Source: Chlorokybus atmophyticus
Taxonomy: Eukaryota > Plantae > Mesostigma and Chlorokybus algae
Reading direction: 5' to 3'
Length of the DNA: 64,000 nt
NCBI GenBank assembly: GCA_009103225.1
Contig: RHPI01000772.1
Coordinates: 351,538-415,537, forward strand
Shown piece by piece: positions 51,011 to 64,000 of the stretch (position 1 is the first letter of the stretch; the number at the start of each line of letters is the position of its first letter). Made by a program: the position numbers and the translations under genes. The notes beneath the pieces were generated by a model. That model was not told where the DNA came from. It searched no databases and worked only from the letters and a program-made list of their open reading frames with translations.

Positions 51011-52970
51011 AAAAAGCCTACCTCGCGCATGATGTGATACACATCGTCTCGCAAGGCGTCCATGTCGTGTCGAGCCGCCCTTTCACTCCCAAGTGCGCAC
51101 CGCAGTAGGTGCGTGCCATGCGGTGTGATCTTTACACCGCAGTGCGAACATTTGTTTTTATCGGGTGTGCGCAAAATTATGCGATACACATCTGCTGAAA
51201 ATCGCAACAATGAGAACAACGGCAGCCCTGACAACCACGCACCAGCCTCAACACATGATGCTAAAAGTCATCGTGCTCTCTCATCAACAAAAGCCCCAAG
51301 CCCACTCTCATACAACTCCACTGTTGCGGTGTTTTTTGCGGCGCTGACAACGTTCATCTGTAGCTTGCATATACGTGCCTCCGAGCGCGGCATCGCCATA
51401 AACGGGGGGAATGCGGCGCGCCACTTGCGGCAGCAAGCAACAGATTGATCGTAACTCTTGCAGGCACCGAAGGGGGCCAGTCTCCACCTCGTCCAATGCC
51501 AATACGAACACCTCGTCCGGCGGTGAAATGAAATGGCGCCGCTGCGACGCTATTGCGGCCCAACCACTACCAGTCATAAATAGTGACAAACGCTGCTGGT
51601 GCGTGCGCTATACTCCGCAACCCAACTGCACCTACTGCCACGGGTACAGTTACCTGTGCTGTGATCTTTGTGATTCGCGCGTCTGAGCCTGACCACATTG
51701 GTATGCAGCAGCTGTCGCAATGCATATTGTGTGCGCCCGTTCAAACCTTCTAGATCCCGGATCCCAGGTCATTAACTTGGTTCAGGTTGAAGACACTTGG
51801 TTGAATTGCGTGTGGAATGCCGATGATAGCGGAACTATATGCGATAGGTACGCCGATTTGACAACCACACACCGCGGTAGCAGTGGTGCGGCCACTTGTG
51901 CGTCTTCCAACACCCGCAGTTCCGGTAGAACTGCGGCACGCTCTGCCAACGTAAATGCACAGTGGTCCTGTACAAAGCAGTCACTCCCCAACGGCACTCT
52001 AGCGCTATCACCCCGTCACCGCAACTTGCGCCGTTAATCGGCGCACGTTTTCCGCGAAGATCACCAACTGCAATGCTGCTTCGTCCGCGCTGTAGATTAC
52101 CAATTTTGGCATGGCCATCTTCAAGCCCACTGCCGCCATAGCCTTAGTGAGCGCACATGCTGTTTTTGACGCCTCTGCGGCTGGGCCCATTAACAATGTG
52201 TCGTGCGCGAACGCCGCCGCACGCACGTGATAAAAGCACGCTCGATAACGTGCGTGTGCACCAGTGCGTAAAAAAGTCCTGCCAGTGGGTCACCCTGCCG
52301 CAGCCGCTGTCTCGTGCCCGTTCCTGACGTGATAGGGACCACCTTATTCTCGCACCTGATATAAAGTATTATCACAGCAGGGATGCAGTGCCATATGTAT
52401 ATACTACAAGCGGACGATTGGGATGCATGCAGCGCAAATGGTAAATTGCGCAAATCCCTGAAGATTGATGTGCAGTCCACAGCGTTTCCGTAAAAACTGA
52501 CTTGGTGATGGAAGAGGCGTTTAGAGTGCCCTACCACTCTTGAGGGGCGGGGAGGCCCACTCCGTCGTAGAAGAGGAGCAACATTCCTCGGGAGGCAGTC
52601 ACGCACCTGTTGAAATTGTGCTTGCGCCCGAGAGGGTGTCGTCACTTGTAGCACGCAGCAAGGGTGTCGACGCAATAGAAAGTTCTAGTTGAGGTGCTTC
52701 ATGTGTCGTGGACAACTAAGAACCCGGCTGACGCCCAGGCGCGCCAGTTTTTGCGTGAGGCGCTAAAAAAGTGCAGCACCTTGCCATCAGCACCGCGGAT
52801 GCGAGGGTGGAGGAAGAGGTGCTGTTTTTTAGCATTTCATCAGAAGAACAGGGGGTCGGGGGGAAGGAGGGGTGAATCTCCTGCTAGCCTGTGGAGAAGA
52901 TACAACGCCGGTGCAGAGGGGGGGGGGATGGGGAGGCCGGGGGAGGCCATGAGGGCTGCTCCGTTGGGGA
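51010..52970 (-). mobile_element. Decayed CRE/NeSL-like non-LTR retrotransposon (RT plus CCHC finger, restriction-like endonuclease class)
   Basis: RQGDPLAGLFYAL (RT), PLGSDCFV...LEDAQVA..LL.RC...K..YL, and CSHCGVKITPHGTHLLRCALGSERAARHD..RD (finger that precedes an REL domain); truncated before the endonuclease. Confidence 0.7.
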
Positions 52971-52989
52971 GCTAGTGAATGGTGCGAGC

Positions 52990-55150
52990 AGGGGCGTTTT
53001 CTTTAGGGTATATATACTCGCAGCCCCAGAGATTTAAGACGTGGTGTCCAAGATCCTTCCAAGTGGCCCACATGGATCAATCAAGCAACGGGCCCATTTG
53101 GCCAGTAACGCAAATGTCTACCATTTATAATCGTGCACACCGAGGCCGCCATGCTGAGGCTGTCGACCTGTATGCCAGTTCACCAATTCTCTAGATGCAT
53201 GAGACGTTCGTTTCCACAAGGCGGACAATGGAGGTGATGACGCTCAGAGTAGAAGCTAAGGGGGCGAGTACTGCTGCTAGATGCCACATGCACGCAAGCA
53301 CTCCGTCTGAGATGAGATGAGCGCTCGCCTCATAAGCTTGAGCGGCTGACGGGACTAGTGTTGCAGCCATCTCTGTATGGTGGAGGTGACTTGCTCAAAG
53401 AGTTGGCCTTGCTAGAGAGACAACCTTATGAGTACCCGCATGATCTTCACGGCCTCGTGTGGTGGAAGCCATCGAAGGCTTCAATCCTAGAGGTTGTCAA
53501 CGTGAGGTCTCAACGGAATGCCAACTGTTTTTTCAAGGTTAAGTTGGGAATCCGAAGTCAGGCAGTATATAGAGAAACATGAGTGAAGGCCCGCAAATGC
53601 TGCAATGAGCGTGATGTAGACTCTGGTCTCATTTGCGTAGCCGGTGTAGCGAACCTCCGTATCCTTAGCTGGGCCGTCGGGGGGGGGGGGGGGGGGNGGA
53701 AAGGAGTGAATGAGCGCGCCCAAGGCTTCAGTAGCAAGAATGAACAAGGACGGGGATAATGGGCAGCCTTGGCGGACACTGCGCAAAAGGCAGAAAGAGC
53801 GGGAGAGAACTTTTTTGGGGAACTCATGATGTTCACTCGGCTGTAACCCCACCATTGAGCATACGCACCCCACTCCATCAATCTAGCGGGGAAGCCCAAG
53901 CAGAGAAGGAGGGCTTGTCGATGAAGTCGCAATCTGAACAATCCAAGGCTTTCTGAAAGTCAAGGAGTAAGAGAGCCCCAGATTGTTTCGAGGCTTCCAA
54001 GCCATCACATTAAGGGCCGCGAGTATGTTGCCTAAGATGTAATGATGGGGGGCAAAGCCCGCATGAGCGTGGTGGATGCAAGTGGGAAAGGGGCGAACTC
54101 GAGTGGCGAAGGCTTCAGCCAAAATTTTAAAGTGGACGGTGAGTAGAGGGATGGGGCGCCAGTTCTTGAGATTGCCGCAATCAAACTTTTTATATATAAG
54201 TACTATCACTCCTGCTCGTTGCGTGTCCTCAAGAGTATGGAGATACAACACATGCTGGTGAAGTAACATGGCCCAAGCAGCGGCAAAAAGTGTTGCCAGA
54301 AGGCAGAGAGGCCATCCTCATCAGGCAATTTGTGAGGGGACATAGCAAAGACTGCTGCTTGAAGTTCCTTAGCCGAAAGGGTTTGCTCTAGTGCTTCCGC
54401 GTCTTGTGTAGAGACGTGGGGTGTGAGGGCTACTAGGCATTGCTCCGTGGCTTGGCGAATGGCTGCAGTGTTGCGAGCTTCGGGGGAAATGAGTCATGTG
54501 TAATATGTGGCTGCCTTTCGCCCATCTCTTTCGAGTCCGTTTTCGGAGGTGAGAGAGTGGTGTCACCTTGAGAGATGTAGTGCATGTGGTTGGGAGAGCA
54601 CGGGGCCTGGCTGGACTTGAAGAAAACGAGGTCATACGCTCGCCTTCAAGACTCCATCTGATGGCGCGGCGAACTGCAAAATGCTGCAAGGCGACACCGT
54701 GTTCCTGCTGCAGCCGAATGATTAACTTCGCATGCTCTTCAAGCAACGAAGAGTTCAAGGAGCGCGATGAGAGATGCTCCTCCACAGACTCCAAGATACG
54801 ATATACCTGAGAGAGGCAAGCTTAAAGGTTTTAATGCGTGCTCGTTGTATGATGTGTGGGCGAGCAGCTGCAGCATTGCAGGAGAGCATGCTTTCAAGTC
54901 AGTCAATGTGAGAGGAGGGAGGTAGTGGGGTTGGTGAGGAGCTGACTTCCCACACATCCTCTACCTCCGCAACAAATTGTAGATTATAAACAAGTAGGGG
55001 GTCAACCTTCCAAAGATTTCCCCCATGGCTTGAGGTATGGGCTGACAAGAGTTCAAAAAAGGTGGGCTTGTGGTTGGATGACCACTCAAAGGTAATGATA
55101 GGAGCCTCTTTCCACAAGGACAGCAGATCTCTAGAGACGTAGAATTCATC
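52990..55150 (-). mobile_element. Decayed L1/Tx1-clade LINE ORF2 (end of APE domain, RT, thumb)
   Basis: WSLEGERMT, NWRPIPLLTVHFKILA, GFAP, RSVRQGCPLSPSLF, LNLEKT, HGGLGVHD...ALLAKW; many stops and frameshifts. Confidence 0.88.
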
Positions 55151-55386
55151 AAAGTGAGGCGAGCAAGACGGTGAGCATCTCTTGTTCGCCTGTTGTGTCG
55201 GGTTAGGCGTTTACGACATCACACACGAGGGCTGAACCTTCTCGAGGTTGTGGTTGTTGTTTGCAGATGGTGGACGCCAAAGCGATGTTGTTGGTGTACC
55301 CAAGGCCAAGGCTGTTGCGAGCAGCCGTGTTCAGCAAGCCACCTACGTAGGTACATTGCTCAGAGGGCCTTCACACAATACCAAGG

Positions 55387-55418
<32 letters not shown>

Positions 55419-55639
55419 GTATTCCCCTGTTAAGTAAGAGCTATGAGTGCTACTATCATGAGTGATAGCAGACGCTGTGTCATGCCTATTGTCCGCGCAT
55501 ACCAGCTTTCATCGAGCATGCCTACATCGAAACCATCGCCCGGCCTACTAGCATACCAACTTGCGCGCGTCGCTGACCAGTAGCTAGGTTATGCCTTTAG
55601 AGTAGCTCATGACCATAGCCTACATAGGCACCGCGCGTA

Positions 55640-58600
55640 GCTGTTTAGTTGTGAGTTTAATTATAAGTAGTGTTCTATATCGAGTGGGGCTTGCCTGTGG
55701 AAATAGCCTCGATATGACCGTTAGCTTATGTTCTGAACAATCATGATTTGACCTGTATAAGTAGTCATGGTGTTCACCGGATCAGCAAGTGACACTGTGA
55801 GTGAGAAAGCTAAGAGCTTCAAAAGCGACTTGAACTATGAACACACCGTCCCGATTATCAAAAAATCCCTCACCGTATAAGAGCTTATGCCTGCTCGTGT
55901 GCATCGTGCCTGTTATTGCTGTGAGCTTGGTGTGCCTGGTTGCAGTGTGATTGTTGGCATCAATTAGGGCATAATATCCACGTGTTGCTTGCTCATTCAC
56001 CTCACTTAACAGTGTAACACATTCTGCTCATGCAAAGAACTGTGTAAACAGCACTACCTATATTAGTGGCTTGTTGAATCACAGTGTCACCCTCTGTGCT
56101 CAAGTGAGTGCGTCGCATTCTGCATCAGATAGTGCAATCTGTATCTGGGGACACATCCCCGTGCATTTGTTTTCATTGTCATCACATAGTGCACACACAA
56201 GCACTAGTGTGGTGAGTGGTAGCGGCATCAAGACAGGCAGTGGAGCACGAACACTCTACCCTGCATACACTTTCACCTGTGGACTAGCTGTACGAGCACG
56301 CCCACCCCGTTCTCTCCAACAGACGAGGGTGACCGCAGCTGGAGCTCAACCTTCAATCTCACTCACGAGCGGACCAGTGACGGGAGCAACGATCGCAGCA
56401 GCAGAGGCTCTCGTTCTGTCTCTTGCGTCACTCCGTTCATGTCTACTCCTCGGCATCGAGCTTCCCCACTCTCGTCCGACAGTGACGACTATGAGATGGG
56501 GTCTTCCAGCTCAACCACGTCCCTGCGCTTTTCCGGACGTGCTAGCACTATATCGCTGGACGAATTCATCATAAAGTTCCATTCCAAGATGCGACAGCAG
56601 GCTCTGAAGAACAAAGACTACTCATATAAGTTTTCTTTGCACATTGCTGCTCAATATTTAGATCATGAAGCACATGATGTCTAAAAGTCTGTTGCTGAAT
56701 TGCATCGAGTTGATGGCTATGGCGAGATTGCCAACACCATAGCATCTACATCACTGCACAGTCCAGCAGCCGGCTTTTCACCTGCCACTCCCGCTACAGT
56801 CACTGGTTTGTTCATAGCGGCAGCCATCGACAGGGCAGAGGAGGAGGAACCTGAGATGGTGTTCGTCAACCTGACCCCTACAGTGATTGACATCAAGACG
56901 GCCGCACGATGGGCCCGGATCTTGGACCGTTCTGTTGCTATCCTTGAAGAACAACGAACTGCAGTCGTTGAGGTGGGCACACCCCTACCTTTGGCAACAC
57001 CTGGCTCTCGCGGGAGGCAGTGCTTTCACCCTCGGGTTAGTCGCACTGCGCACACCAGCCATCACTGTAGGTGCTGCCATCTCTGACGCTCCATGTAAGG
57101 ACCTATATGCTGCATTTCGTCGCACCTTCCCACCGCAGACCACCAGCAAGAAAGAGGAGCTGAAACGGTTCTGATGCAAGCTCAACGAGGACCATCTACG
57201 CCTGTACTCCAGACTGGAGGGGCTGTTGAAGGACACTGACTACAAGATCGTCAGTGACGAGGCTGCTGCAGTGGTATATGTCAATGAGTTGGATGCCACC
57301 CTGAGCGAGTCGACTCGTCTGACCTTGAGCTACAGCAGGCCCCTTGGCTACATGCTCAAGGAAGCTTTCGGGGCTGCACAAGCCACCCATAAGCGCTTGG
57401 TGTATGAGAAGGCAGTGTTGAACACCAACCGCAGTGCCTCACAGCCTGTAGCCAGCACAACTACCGAGCCTCCTCATCGCGAACGTGGCCGGGACACTGC
57501 ACAGCACGCGACAAAGGGCAACAGTTAGCTCATACTGCTTTGCCTGCCCCTGTGCTGTGTCGCTGTGGACGGCATGGGCACTACCAAAAGGAGTGCACCG
57601 AAGAGAGCACTCAACCCTGGTCGGCGACTACTGTCACAAGACAGGCCACTTGAAGTCAGTCTGCTGGCTCAAATTCTGAGAGTTGAGACCTGCCAACAGC
57701 TACGACGGCAACAACTCTAGTGGCTAAAACAACAACAACACTGGAGGCCACAACGGCAACAACTTTGGTGGCTACAACAGCAACCATACTGGAGGCCATA
57801 ACAACACCAACAACTACGCCAATGCTCGCAAGGAAGAGCAAGGCTACAGAGGGAAGAATTGCCCTCCTCAGCGCAAGGGACTGAAAGGATGTCCGCGCGC
57901 TGCTGCTGTTGTCGTTAAGGCTCCAGCCAACCCGCCAGCTAATGACCATATTCCTGCCCTCATGGCGCGTATGGCACTCTTGGAGGAAAATAAGGAGCAA
58001 TACAACCGCGCCTGCTACTCTGCCCGATGGGCATTGATAACTCGAAAGCGCACGACACCAGCACTACGTAATGCGTTTAACCATCCCGACGAGCTTGAGG
58101 GGAAGCCGCAACATCGTCAGCAGCTACATCCTCTAAAGCCACCAATGGTGTTGCACCAGCAACAGCTACACCGGCTACGATGTCGACTCTGTCAACGTCA
58201 ATGGCAACCACTCTAGTTGCACCAGAAGTTGGTGCATCAGTGGGCACCGTGACGCCAACACTGGTGAGCACGCTGGCGACAGCCACTGCTGTCACCGACC
58301 CGGCAGCAGTCAGTTGCACCGGTCTTGCTCGAGCTGCAGGACCACCTGTGTCAGCAAGCGTGGAGACCACTCTCGCGCTACTGAGCGGCACTTTCGCAAC
58401 CATCGACAGTGCCATCGTTGAGCCCGCTGCCACCGCCGCGACGCGCGTAGCTACATTGCCCGTCCTCAACGTCACTCAAGCTGTTTCGCGAGGTCAGCAG
58501 GCTGAGCGCGCATGGGAGACCATCATGCGTGGAGTAGATCCCACTACCATTGCTTTTGGGCGCGGAGGAAAGCACACAACGCGCATTCAACGCGATGATC

Positions 58601-60180
58601 GCGTCTTTCAACTGCATGAATATCACACCCTGCCAGAACAGACTTAGCGGCAACTGGAGGATGAAATCCTCGCCGGCACGGTGCCTCCCATGCGAGACCA
58701 CATCTTTGTGGTCAGAACACCTGTTGTACTGGAGTTGGCACTACAGCGCGTCTAGACTCTGCATCACAACACGCAGACCACGCCACGCCAGTCCGCACCA
58801 GTCCGTCATGAACCTCTCGAGCCAAGCCCGCTGAGCACGTATTGGGACCGACAACCCAATGTACAGCAGCACATTGCTGATACAGCCGACATGCCTTTGG
58901 GTGACAACGAAGCACTGAGACCCCTCAGTACCGTTCGACTTCACGAGCGCTACACCGCTCTGAAACAAGTGTTCACCTGGCGGCAGAACCAAACGGCAGC
59001 GATCAATGCAAAAGCGCAAGCCCGTGCTGCTGCTCGCGCTTCCATTCTTTAACCAACAGTCGCTGGACCATCGTCCAGCACGACACCTCTCGTCGTTGAG
59101 CCCAACATTGACCAGGCGAGGGCGCTGGCCCAACAAACTAGGGGGGTGATCGCCCTGCTGTTACCCGCCTTGTTGGAAGACTTGTCGGACAATCAACGGG
59201 ATCCAGGGAGAGGCTACCTCACACCACAAGGGTGTACACAACGGGATGGAGCACGCTCAGTCGGAGAACAGCAACTTCACACTGTCCTGTTGCGACAAGC
59301 AACCATGCTACATCGAGAAGAAGGCATCGGCCTGAGACGGATGATGGGAATGCGAGAAGGTTGCAATGCAGCTCGAGCAAGACTTGGTGACTTGGCTACT
59401 CACCAATCACCCTGCAGTCCCTCTATTCGCATTTGGCACTTGATTGTTTTGGTTGGACGCCTTCCTGCGCTCGCTACGGCAAGCCTATGACGAGGTTGCC
59501 TCGGCAGCCACTGACACCTTAGAGGAAGCGCAAGAGGCCATACTGAGGTTGCCAGGGGTGGAAGTAGCGCGACAACACAGACGCATCGCAGATGCTTACG
59601 AGCAGCATGTCCAACAGCCAGAGATTTGACTCACTGTGCGGGCACGAGCAACAACGGTGCTAGAAGTGGGGGTGGTCAATGGCCGATGGGATGCCTACAT
59701 GGCAGGGATCTCAAGGGTTCCCACCATCACTCACGACATAAGAGCGCGGCTCCTGCGCGCAGTGTATCTCCAGCCCATGCCTAAGAATCACCGCTGGAGT
59801 GACGTGGTCAACAATCCAACAGCCACATGGGAAGGTACACTGGTCAAGGAGGCAGCTTATATTGTACGCTGAACTTATGTGGAAGAACAGGCTGCACGAG
59901 AGGCGGGCCCACAAACACCCGAACCTCCGGTATTTTCAATAGCCATTGGCTACGCCGCCAGGTAAAACCCCGGCCACACAGAGGCGCAATCCCTACGCCA
60001 CAGCCAGGACAGCCATGGGCAGCACTCAGGCCGCAGCGGGTATACTGTCGTGCCTTGACTCCTCGTTGCTTGAACTCGTCGTACAACCTCCTTGCCATGC
60101 ATATCAGCATGCTATTGTACACCATGAGACACTATTGTGCTGTCTGAAATCACCACTCATCTCACAAGGTAGACACATAC
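55640..60180 (+). mobile_element. Decayed LTR-like element: gag with Zn knuckle plus downstream degenerate ORFs of unknown identity
   Basis: LRFSGRASTISLDEFI, LLKDTDYKIVSDEAAAVVY and CHKTGHLKSVC are homologous to the gag at 60251-61879. Preceded by the LTR-like repeat shared with 41310-41950. No RT or IN recognised. Confidence 0.6.
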
Positions 60181-60250
60181 ACGTGAAAGATGCGTGTCAC
60201 TCCAACGGCGCCGTCAACTCCGAGTTTCCCTCATGGACTTGGGTTGGGGG

Positions 60251-61879
60251 CTATTGGTAAAGCATCTTAGACTCCTCTAGAAGCTTTACACAAACTTGGA
60301 GCAGCTCCTCCACTCTCTTGTGCTCACCATCGCTACCGACGCCGACCTCACGTCGCGCCGTTGCCGTAGCAGTCGGCTGCACCTTCGCACCTTCCGGACG
60401 CGAACTCTCCTGCTCCAACGGGGTTGTTGGCAGCAACTCAAATGCCTTTGGCATGCGGGCAGGTGTGGCACGCATCCTATCATGATCCACACCCTCCTCG
60501 CGGACGAGTGCGGCCTCCTCCTCGACCATCCTAGTCGGGGGAGCTGGTGCAGCCCCGCTGCGCGCCGACGCTCTCGTTGTAGCCACCGCTGACACCTCCG
60601 TGCCTCCGTGGAGCGCACCAAACGCAAGGTAGCTTCCGGGGCTGCTAGGCACATCCCTCCCTCCGCTCTCGGGCCACTTCCCTCGCTCGAGCATGCTCTT
60701 CAACGATGCATACTTAGATTGCATAGCCGCTAGGGCTCTTCTCACCTCTAACATTGAAGGCTCTTCCTTCACACCCAAGTGAGCACCGGCTGCACCTCCT
60801 CGTGCTTGTGGACGCAGCTCTGGGTGCTTACTCCAGCACTTGGCCTCGACGTGCCCTCCCTTCTTGCAATGAGAACACACGTCCTTCTTGCCACCCTTCC
60901 AGCAATTCTTTGCGATGTGACCTTGTTCGCCGCACGACCAGCATTTGGCACCCGACACACCTTCCACACTCGCGTTGTTGGCGTGCTTGAGCTGCCCGGA
61001 CTTGCCACCAGCTGCCTTGCTCGCTGCCACGGGCTTGGAAGAGCTCTTCTCCTCCGACGTTTCAAGCAACTTCAACCCACAACGCTGCCGATCGATGTTC
61101 TTGGGGTACTTATGCTGAATCTCGGCCGTCTCGGCCACCTTGAACACATCCGCAAGCGTGTACGTACCAAACTCTGACTGAGTGGTCAACATGGTCTCCA
61201 CCTTCAGCCTCAAGTCCCCCTCAAGCTGTTGAAGGTACACCATCGCCGCGGTCTGATCCGTCATCACCTTGTAGTCCGTGTCCGTCAAGAGCTTGAGCAT
61301 ACGCGTGTACATCATCCTCGCCGTCTCACCGGTGTGGCACTTGAAGTAGCTCAGCTCGCGAACCTTGGCAGGGGTTGATTGTGGGTAAGTCTTCCTCAGA
61401 AGCGCCTTGAACTCAGTCACTGGCTGCTCCTTCTTCCACTCCGCCTCAAAATTAGCCGGTGCACCCACACGCAACGCCCTCTCTCACATCTTCAGCTGCT
61501 CCTTGAACTCTCTCCACGTGCTCAAGGCTTCATCCTTAAGGTATAGAGGCAGCATCTTGAAGGCCTTGTGCTCGTCCCACCCCGACATGTCGCGGTACTC
61601 CCATTTAACCATCTCAGAGTCGAAGCGGTCGATGAAGTTGCATAGGTCCGCCGTGCCGGGCCTCCCACTGAACTTTGGTGTGCTATCCATGGCTGAAGCT
61701 GAGTCGAACATCACCCCACCCTCGTCTTCGAAGTCGGACTCCTCGTCACTCGAAGACGCCACCTCTTTAGCAACGCCCTCCACCACCGGAGTAATCGCCC
61801 TTCTCGGCGCTCTTCTCTTTGAAGCCGCCTTCGTGGGTCTCTCGTGCCAGTCCTCACCAGACCGTAGGGGCATGAACAC
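60251..61879 (-). pseudogene. Retrotransposon gag with two CCHC zinc knuckles (one frameshift near 61480)
   Basis: PKFSGRPGTADLCNFIDRF..., CWSCGEQGHIAKNC and CSHCKKGGHVEAKC. Confidence 0.85.
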
Positions 61880-62681
61880 TCCTGGTCCTCACTTCAACTC
61901 GAGCAAACTCAGCTGATGGGTTGAATGCAAGTGAAAGATGCGTGTCTCCTTGCAAAAGGAAGGCAAGATCACCCCAACTTGACTTGCAATCAGTCGCTTG
62001 CTCATGAAACTCAGTCCTCACCCATGCTAAGGCAGCTCATACGGTGCATCAAGATTGCAACAATGATACACACTCCTTCATGCAAGGCAACCAAGCAAGG
62101 CACACGCAAGCATGCACACACGCATACACTCAGCCAAGAACCTCTTCCCGAAGGCTTTGCTTGCACTCCAGTGAGCCAACTTGCATTCAACCAACTATAA
62201 CACAAGCTAGCTAAGGCTTATATACCACCGTTGAGTCCATGCCCAACCAACTCCTAACCAACTCTTCAACTTCTAAAGACTTACAGGCTGCACCAGCTAC
62301 ATAACAGTCATTATGAGGCCGATAAATGGTAGTAAATGGATAGCAATGGCTCCCCAAAGCTTATCCTCTTCAAGTACACTCCAAGACGGATCTTTTGAGT
62401 CCATCCCCACGCCAAACCACCACTCCAACTGTTAGTTACATCTGTTACAAGTCATGACTCCAAAACAGCTGCGCGGGATACCATACTAACTCGATTACGC
62501 CGAGAACTCTGTATCTGGCTATGGATACGCCTCGAGTACGCCTCCCACTCGTAAAGGACGACCCAAACTCGAGTCCCAAGTAAAAACCTAACATAAAGAG
62601 CCTCTATAATGGCTCAGGGCTCCAAGGTCATAGGGCCCATGTATGCTGCCGGCCCCGAGGGCACCATGCACATGACACTAT

Positions 62682-63174
62682 TTGCAAGAGCATAACCAAT
62701 ACCCAAAACAAGGACGGTTCGGGCCAGGCCGCAGACAAGGAGGTTCTCAAGACCCAGTTGGTCGAGGGGCGCTCGCCGCACTGCGCTCGACACCACCGGA
62801 GGAGACTGCAGCAGCAATCACCCCACGCACACGCTACCAACGATTCAAGCGGCTGCGCATCCACGCCAACGCAGCCATAATCGCTAACAAAGGCAAGCAT
62901 ACCACCTTTGATGGACGAGCACCCAAGCGCGTGATACTGGACTCTGGAGCCAAGCATGTCATTATCGGCCGTTACCTTGCACGCAACCTTGGCATCACCA
63001 GCGCTGAGCTGATGCCTTGCCCATACGTGCTCGACACAGCAACCGGCAGTCGTGACAAGGTGATTGGCATCACCAAGCAGACCCTCTGCATTCGCTTGAC
63101 AGGGTTGGACCCTTCCCAGAGCACCGAGGTTATACAGAAGTGTGTGGTCACCGACGCAGGATCCTTCGACCTGC
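62682..63174 (+). pseudogene. Retroelement aspartic protease fragment, interrupted by a Copia LTR
   Basis: RVILDSGAKHVIIG...CPYVLDTATG...GSFDLL, cut at TGTTGA (63175). Confidence 0.8.
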
Positions 63175-64000
63175 TGTTGAGATGCAAGCTTCCTAGGCGT
63201 AGACACACAACACAACACCGTCTGTGCAAGCAGAAAAAAACCAGACTAGACCACGCCAGACCAGACCAGTCCAGACCACGCCCAGGCTAAGGCTTCCGCC
63301 GCCACCAGACTTAAGCACAAGCAAAGTGAACCGTGTTAAACGTGTGTGGGCGTCCCCTTATACCCAGTAATGGTCACACTACAAAGAACTCAATATACAA
63401 GCTCAAAATAGTATACAAGGCAGGTCTGGTCAACATAAGACCCGAAAACAGTCTTAAACAGTCAAAACTGTTTGAACTGACGGTTTCTAATGAAACAATA
63501 AGGACTGGAGGCTACTAAGTACGAAAGTCATGAGTACTTAGCTACACTAAGCTGAATGGAGTTTAAGGACGGCTAAACCTAGTCCTAAACTCGAACACCT
63601 AGCTAGACTAGGCTGACTGGAGTCTAAAGACGGCTAAACCTGGTCCTAAACTCCAACACTCCCATGGAGGCAGCTTAGTGGATTTCTAGACCCATGCAGC
63701 AGGTCTTAAACTTAGCAGGGGTAAAAGCCTTCGTCATAAGGTCTGCAAGCATGTTTTCGGTCTTGTAATAGATGAACTCCACCTTTCCACGCGCCACGCG
63801 CTCCCGCACAAAGTGATGCATGACATCAATGTGCTTGGACCTGACTGAATCAATAGGGTGCTTTAGGAGCCGAATAGCCCCTTGGTTGTCGCAGTGCATG
63901 AGAATGGCAGTCTGGTCTAGAGTTAAGTCTGCAACCAGCTTGCACAACCAAAGCCCCTCTTTGACTGCCTGGGATGCAGCCATGTAATCCGCTTCTGCAG
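63175..64000 (-). mobile_element. 3' end of a second Ty1/Copia element (RNase H, PPT, 3' LTR about 63175-63658); continues past the window end
   Basis: CDNQGAIRLLKHPIDSVRSKHIDVMHHFVRERV...ENMLADLMTK is homologous to 40500-40793. PPT ATGGGAG precedes TGTTGG; the LTR ends TCAACA. Confidence 0.9.

Overview
Eukaryotic nuclear DNA with short GT-AG introns, GC-rich CpG-containing gene 5' ends and TpG/CpA-rich intergenic DNA. The gene set (plant-type peroxisomal glycolate oxidase ending SKL, ZDP-type DNA 3'-phosphatase, FKBP20-1, CONSTANS-like B-box/CCT gene) points to a streptophyte green alga or similar early green plant; this is an inference. Seven host genes could be reconstructed by hand: a partial bacterial-type class IV HDAC, FKBP20-1, a CONSTANS-like gene, GOX, ZDP, V-ATPase subunit c, and an unannotated 4-exon gene for a 185-aa protein that looks like an 8-stranded outer-membrane beta-barrel. 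The rest is largely transposon-derived. It includes a decayed chromoviral Ty3/Gypsy element (CTTTC TSD, with a Dam-like extra domain), a young Ty1/Copia element (half-tRNA primer site, duplicated protease), and a three-LTR TRIM with a ~260-bp fold-back and tRNA-type Pol III A/B boxes across its LTR/PBS junction. There are also two copies of a 1.5-kb CACTA-like non-autonomous element, a Penelope-like RT remnant between (CT)n tracts, and L1, CRE-like, gag/protease and Copia remnants piled up from about 50 kb to the end. The five single N bases all sit beside homopolymer or microsatellite runs, so lengths and joins there are unreliable. All calls come from manual reading and remembered family motifs; no database search was run.
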